From positions 1 through 60,721 of the forward strand of contig JALDZS010000148.1 in assembly GCA_022813965.1 (NCBI GenBank): a stretch of 60,721 bases of DNA. The letters run 5' to 3'. The position numbers were made by a program, and so were the translations under genes. This stretch comes from Toensbergia leucococca. Its lineage: Eukaryota. The notes beneath the pieces are model-generated. The model had not been told where the DNA came from. It saw only the letters and a program-made list of their open reading frames with translations, and ran no database searches. Below, piece by piece: positions 51,201 through 60,721 of this stretch (position 1 is its first letter; the number at the start of each line of letters is the position of its first letter).

Positions 51201-51853
51201 CGTTCTTCAAACTCACTCAAGACGGAATTGAAGCTGCAGAGGAGGCTAGAGTCATGGCGAGGGAAAATCCACGACACGCCAAAACCCTGGGTAGATACAG
51301 CGGCCCTCACACGAAAACGAAGGCTCTTATCGAAGCACTATTGCAATCGAAAACGGAGAGTCAGGATCTTCCCAGTGACCAGCCAATCAAAAGTGTTGTC
51401 TTTTCTGGCTGGACTGCACATCTCGATCTCATCCAAATTGCTCTCGAGGACAATGGCATTAAATATGTCCGCCTTGATGGTAAAATGACTCGTATTAAGC
51501 GCAATGAAGCTCTCGAGGCCTTCCGCGATAACCCCGATGTGATTGTTATCCTAGTCTCTATCATGGCGGGTGGCTTGGGTCTTAATTTGACGACAGGCTC
51601 TAAAGTTTATGTGATGGAGCCTCAATTCAATCCGGCAGCAGAGGCCCAGGCTGTGGACCGGATTCATCGCCTGGGTCAAAAGAGAGAGGTCACTACGACG
51701 CGCTTCATCATGGGAGGCAGTTTCGAGGAGAAGATGCTGGATTTGCAACGCAAGAAGCAAAGTCTAGCCGATCTCAGTATGAATCGTGGCAAGCTCGATA
51801 AGGCCGAGGCCGCCAAGCAGAGACTGGAAGAGCTCAGGAGTCTTTTCAAGTGA
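48297..51853 (+). CDS. Rad5/HLTF-like SNF2 ATPase with inserted RING-like finger
   Basis: Motifs GGILADMMGLGKT, LDEAH, TGTPVQN, GLGLNL and QAVDRIHRLGQ, with a Cys cluster between the ATPase lobes. Intron at about 49045-49100. Confidence 0.9.
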
Positions 51854-52315
51854 AAGTCTGTCGGATGGTCTGCAACTTTGCGCAGCTCGTGATCTGTTTT
51901 CCCTCTTTCACCCTATGGCACTCCAATGGGGAGACGACCCTAATAAGAGGCCTCTTCGGACAGTCGTCGGTCTACCGACTTATTGGCATCTGTGTTGCCG
52001 TGAATGAGCGACTGCAGCTCGTTCTGTTTTACCTTTGCTCTCCCTGAACATATTTATCCCCTACAATATTACCTGATGACGGAAAAGTCTTACTTCCTGG
52101 ATCGACTTGTGGCGGAATTTGTTTCGCGCAAAGCCAGATTTGGAGCGTTGGAATGATGGACATAGAAAGAACGAATTCATGAAGCATGTTTTGCAGCGAT
52201 AGATCGATTGATACCCCCGTCCGTAGTTAACAACAGCAATGCCATTCCATTTCTCGTACGTGATCAATCAAGTCAAGTGCTGTCGTCTCCACGCAATAAA
52301 CATCCCCTCACCTCC

Positions 52316-52789
52316 TCACCTCCTCACCCCCCCAATAACCCCATCCAAAACCCTCAACCACTCCTCCTTCTCCCGAACCGCCTCCCCCCTCTCACTCTCT
52401 GCAGCTCTCAACTCCCCCTCCAACACCCGAATCCTCTCCTCCTGGTCCCTCTCACTGCTGTCCAGCCCGGGCAGCACCCCGATCAAATACTCAATCTGCC
52501 GCTGCTTCAGGATCAAGTCTTGGGCCAGTTCGCGCTGGACGGCGGCGAAGGTACGGGGCGTGTCGGGGCGTTGGGCCGGGTGCGTGTCGGTTACCGGGTG
52601 GGCGGGCTGGAGGGGCAGGGGCGCTGAGGGGTGGTGTGTTGAGAGATAGCGGAGGGAGGCGTATAATTGGGTCGCTAGCTGTTTACGAGCTTGGGTTAGA
52701 GGGGAGGAGGTGGGATTTTTTGGGGGGGGGGTGGGGGAGGTACGTACTTGGTCGAGGCAGTCTTGGAGTTGGGTTAGGCGGTCGGCCAT
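52316..52789 (-). CDS. SRB7: Mediator subunit Med21
   Basis: Motifs MADRLTQLQDCLDQ and ELAQDLILKQRQIEYLIGVLPG. In-frame intron at about 52679-52747 (gtacgt...cag). Confidence 0.92.
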   Translation of the reverse strand: MADRLTQLQDCLDQVRTSPTPPPKNPTSSPLTQARKQLATQLYASLRYLSTHHPSAPLPLQPAHPVTDTHPAQRPDTPRTFAAVQRELAQDLILKQRQIEYLIGVLPGLDSSERDQEERIRVLEGELRAAESERGEAVREKEEWLRVLDGVIGGVRR

Positions 52790-53033
52790 TTTGGACCGCC
52801 CGGGGGGTGGGGGGAGCTGGTTGTTGCGATGGGGTTTTTTGGCTTGATTGGGAGTCTGTGGTTGTGTGGGTGATAAATGTGGAGTTGAGCAGTAAGAGAT
52901 ATCCGTAGCTCGACTGGAATCAATGTTTGGTTGCCGCTACTAAACCTAGGGCTGCACAGATTCCCGCTTCACCAATTCTAACCTATGCATTCTCATCACA
53001 TCCCTTGCATTGACTATCTATTTCCTCGCCCAC

Positions 53034-53756
53034 ATGCTCCGACGATCCCTAACCCACTTATCCACCCTCCCCAACCCACCTTCCCTCCGATGGCACTCCT
53101 CCCCCTCAATCAATTTACCCCCCAACAACAACCACCTCCACCCCCCCACCACCACCACCACCCCGCCGCACCACGACCTCCCCACCTTCCTCGCCCACGC
53201 CCGCGCAACCTCCCTCTCCCCAACCACGACCCTCTACATCGGCACCCACTACGAATACCTCTGCCAACACGCCCTCCGCCGCCTATCCTTCACCCTCGCC
53301 CGCACCGGCGGCCGCTCCGACCGCGGCATCGACCTCATCGGCCACTGGCACCCTCCCTCCCTCCCCGGGCCCCTCCGCGCCCTCGTGCAGTGCAAAGCCC
53401 TCGGTGCCAAAGCTACGCCGAATATGGTGCGTGAATTGGAGGGGATGCTGGCGGGGGCACCGGAGGCGTGGCGGGAGGGGGGGGGGACGGTGGTGGTGTT
53501 GTGTTCGACGAAGGGGGCTACGGTGGGGGTGAGGGAGGCGGTGAGGGAGGCGCGGGTGCCGGTTTTGTGGGTTGGGGTTGAGGGGGCCGGGTGGGTGAGG
53601 CAGTTGTTTTGGAATGAGCGGGTTGTGGGGTTGGGGGTGGAGGGGGTGGGGAGGGTGGTAAGGTATGTGCCTGGAGGGGAGGGGGGAGGCTTGGAGAAGG
53701 AGGTGGTGTTGACGTGGAAGGGGGAGGTTTGGGAGCCGGGAGGGGGGAGAGGGTGA
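53034..53756 (+). CDS. RRG7: Mitochondrial Rrg7 / DUF2034 PD-(D/E)XK-fold protein
   Basis: GTHYEY...GGRSDRGIDLIGHW...VQCKA...VRELEG and a presequence-like N-terminus. Confidence 0.85.
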   Translation: MLRRSLTHLSTLPNPPSLRWHSSPSINLPPNNNHLHPPTTTTTPPHHDLPTFLAHARATSLSPTTTLYIGTHYEYLCQHALRRLSFTLARTGGRSDRGIDLIGHWHPPSLPGPLRALVQCKALGAKATPNMVRELEGMLAGAPEAWREGGGTVVVLCSTKGATVGVREAVREARVPVLWVGVEGAGWVRQLFWNERVVGLGVEGVGRVVRYVPGGEGGGLEKEVVLTWKGEVWEPGGGRG

Positions 53757-54449
53757 GGGCGGAGAGTAGTGAATGACAGGGATGAGAAGACAATGTGCTA
53801 GAGGCTCGCTGCTTGGGATGGTCTTTTGTACGGAGTCAGAGGCGATACCAGGACGATCGATTCGTGCACTCGACTCCAGACAAAGCAACCCGTCAGGACC
53901 TGGAAACCATATAAGAAGCTCATGCACAACCTGCCCAGCATTCTTCTCCTTCAAAAGACGTTCAATATTCCTCATTCTCCACCCCGATCTTCCATTTACG
54001 ACAACAACAACAACTACACACTCCCGAGAACCAACCAATCTCTCGCTGACTCCGGCCTCGGCAACAAGCCTTTGTTATCCAAAGGACCTTGTCGGAAAGA
54101 CCGTGTTCTCTGGTATGGCGTTGGTCCGAGAAAGTATTGTATTATTTCCTCGAGGAATGTTAGGGCCTCTCGTTCCCAGGGGAAAGGGGGGATGAGAACG
54201 AGTGCCAGGTTCAGGAGGAAGCGTGGAAGATATTCAGGAGGACGGATGATGGTGGACTCCACCACAAACCGTGGTACTCGATATCGTATTGACAAACGGC
54301 CGTTGCGATAGAAATGAACCGTTAGCAAGTAGTATCGGTATAAGTCATAACTTCGTGGCAATCTATATTCTAATAGGTAGGTATATCATGATAGATGAAC
54401 GCATGCGATAACAACGCAAGCTCTAAAAGGCAAATTACGCCTTGACCTT

Positions 54450-56552
54450 CTAAGCAGTCCTTGTATGATCTCTAGCGTTTCTCATCTTGGCCTTGACGAC
54501 ATGATCATGTCTAACACTCCACAGACTGACACCTACACCGGCCAAGCTGGCCCCGAAAGTCACCCAGTAAGCAGCGCTGTAGCACTGTAGTCCATCCGGA
54601 CACTCGCGATGTCCACCAGGAAGGATCATCGAGTGATGGTCGTAGATGCTCCCTGGGTGACGTACGTCAATCGTGTTCTTGCCATAGTGTTGTGAGTAGG
54701 CAAGAATAACGTACCGTAGAGTAAATTGAAGATGTTGCCAGAAATGATGGGCGCAAGAGTCATACAGCCCCAATTTTGGGAGAGACCATGAACGCCAAAA
54801 GTCTCGGCGACAATGGCTGGGTAAACACCGTAGAGGAAGCCGTAGCCCACTGCAATCACCATCTGAGCATGACCATTTAAAGTACCTCGAGGAAGACTTA
54901 CAGCCGGTCAAACCAGATACGAAGCCTAGGTAATGTGGGTTCTCGATACGTCCTCCGCAGATCTGTGCTGCACAGAACAAAGAGCTGGAGATGAAGAGGC
55001 ACCAAAAGCGACTCATATGGAGTTTCCTGACTATCAAGTCCGATCCAACGCCTATGTACGTGGAAAGATTAGACTCCGGTCGAAGGAGGACGGAAAGCAT
55101 GGAAATACCGCTACATAGTCTGCCACAGAAGCTCATAACGGATAGGATTGATACATGCATCAATTGCCTTTGCTGGATGAAAGATGATGATGCACTATCA
55201 TCATAGTGACTCCACAAAGCTTTTGCCTAAAGGGATGTTAGACCAGAATATAAACAGCTCATTAAAATGCCTACATCATTACCGATATTGCTGGAGGAAG
55301 TCAGCGCAAGCCTGTTAGAATAGCAATCAAGACTTACTTGATCGTCATTAATCCAATGCCAGCTAGCAAACCCAGCAAGGAAAATAGCTGCCAAAATTCG
55401 ATAGTTGGTAGCAATGCTAGTCCTCGAATATCTAGATTATGTGAGTGGTGAGTAGCATTTACTTTGTCGTGGCTTTCCGAATAAGGAATATCCCCAGGAT
55501 TCGAAGAAGACGATTTGGACATCAAAGATGACGTCTCATCTATGTCCTCATTCGTTATCTCCGGTGTCTCATCACGCATGGTGGAAATCTTCTTCGCATC
55601 ATGATAGGAGGCAGGATCTTGAGAGGTCGTGAGTTGCCTACCTGGTTCTGCAGACACCTGCCTAGCAATCTGTCTGCTCTCCTCAGACTTTGTGCGCTGC
55701 ATAGGGTTTGATCTTGATCGTCCTCGTCCTTCGGATGTGGGAATGGCGGAGTAGGGAGGCGAGTGTGGTACCACATGAATGAAGAAAACCGACACGAAGC
55801 ACATGGCGAAGGTACCGATGGCCAGAAGTAGAAGGAAATCAGTGGTATTATCGGGAAACGCTAGGGAGGACAGCGAAGAGAAAAAAAAGGCGCTAAGACC
55901 AAATGCAGATAATGGAAATGCCATAGCGGTCCCTCGATGAGTTGGCCAGTTGAGGGCAGCTATATTACAGTGAGCCCATGATCTGTGGGTAGAGCCTTGG
56001 AGACTTGCATGTCTTGATGGCTCCAGAGAATGCAGATGCGCTACCCATGCCAGTCAGGAACATAAAGAAGCATAGCCATGGCATCGAGAGGGAGCCAGCT
56101 CCGCCATCGTACGCTAACGGGTATTCAGTACCATTTTTCTTAGATTTCTTGCGATGTCATACCCTTGTACATGGCGAAGTACCCAGTTCCTATCGCAATG
56201 GATCCGAGTAATACCCCTGGTCTGGGTCCCTTGGAGTCTACCAATAGTCCAAGCGGGATGCCCGAGGCATACATGCCCAGATTACCAAAAATGCCCTGTG
56301 GATTTAGTCTCTTGGTTAGGTCTGACCTCAAAGGAGCGCGACTCACAATGAGATTGCTATTTGTTGACGAGAGTCTCATCTTTTCGGCAAATTGAGGGGC
56401 CCATGCCGAGTAGGCATACTTGCCGACGATCAGCATATCTGGGAGGCAGCTACAACAGGTAGACGACCAACATTTGTCCCACAGGCCAACGAGATAACAG
56501 TAGCAGCGACGACAGACACGACGCGCATTGCTCTCAAAGATGATTCTGACAT
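54450..56552 (-). CDS. MFS transporter, Mch1/nodulin-like
   Basis: Motifs SLACGTNYAYSAWAPQFA, NWPTHRGTAMAFPLSAFGLSAF, GLMTINNIG and FGVHGLSQNWG. Many short introns. Confidence 0.88.
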
Positions 56553-57060
56553 GGCGGCAGGCCAAGGCAACGGCGCTGGACGGGCGCAGGGCCGAGACTA
56601 ATGGCAAGATACTATGGGTACAGCATTGAGTTTGCAGCTTTGTCTGAAAAAGGGTTGTTTCGGTCCAAGGGCGCTACATGCCCAAGATACGAGTAGAGCT
56701 CGATCGAGTAATCAGTTGGAGTGGATGTAGCACAATGACGAGCAATACCGATTAAAGCAGATAGTTGAAAATCCTTCAGAGTACGGAGTATGTGTGCATG
56801 TATTGAATGTGAGGAAGAAAGAGGTTGATTATGGGCGTGGGATCAGAGGATTATCATATGTGATGAACGTTGAATGTCCGGTTCAAAGGTTGTTATCAAT
56901 TGCCAGTTACTCCGTACGGATAGCCAGAATCGTCACCAGCCTCATCTGCCTAAGCCGCTTCAGGAAAGTGGCGTCATACCCTTCACTCTCCACTCTCCAC
57001 TCTCGTCGCTCTACCTCTCCACATCTACAACATCAATATCAACCAAATCTCCTGGCAATC

Positions 57061-58647
57061 ATGGGAGCCTTACTATCCCTACCGCTATTGGCCATACCCA
57101 GTGTTGGAAGTGTACGTAGCATTCTATTCGAATACATAAGGCTTGGACTGATAAAAACATCTAGCTGTTGACCTTTGGCGCATCATGTTGTGGAGCTGCG
57201 ACATGTTCGGCGGTATGCAGTGCTTGTGGGAAGTTCCAGAGCAGGTCAGAAACCTTCAAGTCAACATTTTACACTCACTGATTGTCCCCTAGCATGGCTA
57301 CCCGTATCGCCTACGCCTTCATCCTTCTAGTCAATTCCATCTTGTCCTGGTTGATGCTTACACCCTGGGCGATGAAGAAACTCGAAGGCCTAACGTTAGA
57401 CTACATGAGCATTACTTGTGAGGGAAAACAATGTTATGGCTATGTGGCAGTACAAAGAATAAACTTTGCCCTTGGTCTCTTTCATTTTATTCTGTCAATA
57501 CTTCTACTCGGCGTCAAGTCCTCCCGCGATGGCCGAGCTGGACTACAAAATGGCTACTGGGGACCCAAGATAATCTTATGGCTGGCATTCATTGTAATGA
57601 CCTTCTTCATCCCGGAAAGCTTCTTCCAGGTCTGGGGCCAATATTTTGCTCTGATCGGAGCTATGATGTTCGTGCTTCTCGGTCTTATCCTGCTAGTGGA
57701 TCTTGCCCATACCTATGCGGAATACTGCCTGGACAAGATCGAAAGCTATGACTCCAAGGGATGGAGAGTCCTCCTTATCGGCTCCACTCTGGGCATGTAC
57801 ACTGCTTCGTTCGCCATGACCATCATTATGTATATCTTCTTCGCCCACACCGGCTGCTCAATGAATCAAGCCGCCATCACAGTATGCAAATTCCCATACA
57901 CTTTTCAAACTCCACTAACCCACACAGGTCAACCTAATCGTCCTCCTTATAATCTCCGCCATCTCCGTCCACCCCACCGTCCAAGAATTTAACCCTCAAG
58001 CCGGCCTCGCGCAATCAGCAATGGTAGCCATCTACTGCACCTACCTAACCATGTCAGCCGTTTCCATGGAACCCGACGACAGCAACTGCAATCCTTTGAT
58101 CCGCGCCCAGGGCACACGCACTGCCTCCATCATCATCGGCGCAATCGTCACCATGCTCACAATTGCCTATACTACAACCCGCGCCGCAACACAGGGCATC
58201 GCCCTCGGCGCTAAGGGCTCCAATTCCTACTCTAAAATCAATGATGAAGAAATCGAGCACGGTCTCGTAGATCAGCAACCAGATTCCAGCCGCCGAGAAA
58301 TGCGCGCTGAAGCGCTCCGCGCTGCAGTCGAAGCGGGAAGCTTGCCCGCCAACGCCCTCGATGATGACGACGACGACTCCGATGATGGGAGAGACAGCAA
58401 AGACGACGAGAGATCAGGCACTCAATACAATTACTCCTTATTTCATATCATATTTCTGCTGGCAACGACATGGGTCGCGACGTTGCTGACGCAAAACATC
58501 GATGTCGAGACAGCGGGCGATTTCGCACCGGTGGGCCGGACATATTGGGCTAGCTGGGTGAAGATTGTGAGCGCATGGTTATGCTATGTAATTTATAGCT
58601 GGAGCTTAATTGCGCCGGTAGTGATGCCCGAGAGGTTTGGGCATTAA
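57061..58647 (+). CDS. TMS1: Serine incorporator (SERINC) family membrane protein
   Basis: Motifs SCCGAATCS, ATRIAYA, RINFALG, QNGYWGPK and YNYSLFH. Three introns. Confidence 0.93.
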
Positions 58648-59364
58648 GAGGGATTTGTGGTGGGATTGTATTAACGCGTGTGCTCTGGATAGGGTTTTTT
58701 ATTTGGGACCAAGGTCTGGAGTACAAGGCGTGGGGCTTCAGATCTATCTTTAAGCATGGAACTTATGTATCATTATCTACGTATCCTCAAGGCACAAGCA
58801 CAGTGAAATCGCGGACCTTCTTTTCAAGAACCAGAATCTACCTACCTAAAGTAGAGGTGAGGTGTGACAGCGTAGATTCCCTCCTCAGCCTCCACGGAAC
58901 AAAAACAAAGGCATGCCCGCAAGAAGACGAATCTTGAATTAACGTGTCATACACCATCCAGTTCCCAGCTTCAGACACATCATCGCTTCCTTTTTCCAGA
59001 TCCAAGCGTCCACTAGACGTGACATCGAACCACCGGGAGCGCGCACACTAAAAGTACATTCCGTACAAACGCCAGAAAAGGAAGGGTATTAGTGCAAGTG
59101 GGAAAAAAAAGGGGGTAATCATTGCTAGCTTTTGGACGACGACGATGACAATATCGCCAAGATACGCTCAACCCGCTCGTTTCGTTCCAAAACAAAAAGG
59201 TGAAATTCGTTCATAGTGGTACAGTTGGCCGTCGTGATGACTGATGTTCGGAAAATGTTTATTATTATGGGGATTTTGAGTCGTTATTATGGTATCATCA
59301 ACAGGCTGAGAGCAAGAGGCTAGGAGATGAGACGTTCCGTGGGATGTGGCTTGTCGTCCGAGGA

Positions 59365-60317
59365 TTAGGAGTGAGTGCCATTAGCTGTGAAAGGTTGGGG
59401 TGGATCTGGGTATTCAGACGAGTCTGATATGCGCTGTCTCTTGGGTTGGGGTTCCTGGTCGCCCCTTAGATCCAACACCTCGCGCTCTAGGTCATCGAGC
59501 CGCCTTTTGAAATCGTTCTCTCTTCGCTGCGACTGCTCGAGTAGATGTCGGGCTTGGTTTTCAGACTCCCGGAGCATCATCTCATTGCGGTGCGCGTTGG
59601 CTTCGTTTTGTTCTAGCGCTCCTACCCGCTCTCGAAAGAGGTCGTTGATGACTTCTAGCTCGCTGACTCTTGTCTTCAGCGTCGTGTTGGCTTGTAGTAA
59701 CCCTTCGTAGGTTAGTGGGGGTTCGAGGTGGCGATCGTTGAGGGAGGAGGTAGAGCCTGGGGAAGGGTGGCGTAGGTGGAGAAGTGCGGGGAGTGTGGGC
59801 GATGGTTGAAAGGTATGCTCGGGCATGCTAAGGCCATCAAAGACATGCTGTGGCGCAATATTTGACGGATGGTTTATGGCAGGAGTAACGGTGCGAGAGA
59901 CTGGGGAACTTGAGTGATCGGAATCACCAGAAGAGGTTTTGTGTGAGACTCGTCGGTTGTCTAAATGTCTCAAGGGAGGGCTGCCTGCATCTGAATGTGA
60001 TGCGGACATGCCATTGCTATGAAAAAGTGACTGTTGTCGCGTGTCAGAAGAGATTCGGCAGTATTGCGACATGCAGACATTGTTCTTACCTTCTTCTTTT
60101 GTGATTGCCCACCACTTTTGACGCGGTTACGACTTTTGATAACGTCGGTTTTGAGACTTATCGGTCGAGGTGTACCGTGTAATTTGAGGAAAAGGCCACA
60201 GGCGTTGCAAAGGACTGAACCAATTTCGTCCCTCCGCCACAAGGGTGTGGTTGAGGTTGTGCAATTTTGGCATACGGTCTGTGAATTTGCATGATCGCGA
60301 TCAGTGAGGGTCGCCAT
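59365..60317 (-). CDS. areB: GATA zinc-finger/leucine-zipper nitrogen regulator, AreB/NreB/ASD-4 type (short AUG isoform)
   Basis: N-terminal [50 protein letters not shown] and C-terminal zipper [15 protein letters not shown]. Intron at 60031-60089. Confidence 0.9.
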
Positions 60318-60423
60318 TGCTGGAACAGCAGAAAAAAATAGGGTGCGATAAGGAATTTGAGAAGGGGAAGAATTTGGACGATAAGGATAAGGCTTGCAGC
60401 AGCGCTTCAGGATGCAAACTCAC

Positions 60424-60721
60424 TGGAACGTTGCCCGGGCCGGTAGTTGTCGCAGCAGGGGAAGTAGTAGTAGGAGCATATGGCATACTGTTACTGTTAT
60501 ATGCCCTGTGAACCGAAGAAGCGGTCAGCATTTCTTATTCAAGCTTCGCGGGTCCTAATTGGAATCGCGTGAAGATAATCTGCAGAAGCGACGCACCTCA
60601 GTTGTGGAGAATGACCGCAGGCGACTGAAGCTAGGGCAGACAATGGAGGCTGAGCATGATTCAAATTGCTTGATTGCTGCTGGTATTGATGTTGTCGCAG
60701 TGCGGCCGACGATTGTGTCGA
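60424..60721 (-). CDS. areB: Upstream exons of a long AreB isoform (5' end beyond the window)
   Basis: Introns at 60506-60596 (gtgcgt..gctgac..cag) and 60279-60423 (gtgagt..ctgat..cag) give one continuous frame into TVCQNC. Confidence 0.7.

Noticed and set aside
52985..54038. Pro/His-rich alternative and antisense ORFs over Rrg7
   Set aside because: They are by-products of the extreme C/G skew, which removes stop codons.
1554..60317. Functional gene cluster (lipid, mitochondrial or chromosome-segregation genes)
   Set aside because: This is a mixed housekeeping neighbourhood with no backbone enzyme or coherent pathway. No Starship tyrosine recombinase, CRISPR array, tRNA or rRNA was seen.
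60301..60531. 76-aa upstream ORF overlapping the AreB AUG
   Set aside because: It is better explained as intron plus exon of the long AreB isoform, since its ATG overlaps the intron branch site.

Overview
This is a gene-dense region of a filamentous ascomycete (Pezizomycotina) chromosome with short GT-AG introns, carrying about 23 protein genes, most of them conserved housekeeping genes. In order: Spo7, Cld1-like lipase, Scn1/TatD, Ctf18, a BTB protein, GST, TOK1 K+ channel, ETF-alpha, Rsc8/Swi3, Rrn5-like, Irc3, Bst1, a RING-H2 ligase, Fis1 (absent from the ORF track), Spc24, Lsb6, a Rad5/HLTF-like SNF2, Med21, Rrg7, an Mch1-like MFS, Tms1 and an AreB-type GATA factor, plus several orphans. 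The first 8.6 kb holds a RIP-eroded Tc1/mariner transposase and three related non-autonomous fold-back elements. These share an internal core but have two different terminal inverted repeats, and two of them sit in divergent promoters with 8-bp target duplications. Other notable signals: an alternatively spliced long AreB isoform, a sharp C-rich to G-rich switch inside the divergent Med21/Rrg7 genes, a recurrent intergenic TACGGAGTA motif, and a hidden three-exon orphan gene. No secondary-metabolite cluster, RNA gene or CRISPR array was recognised. All calls come from reading the sequence and recalling family motifs; no database search was run.
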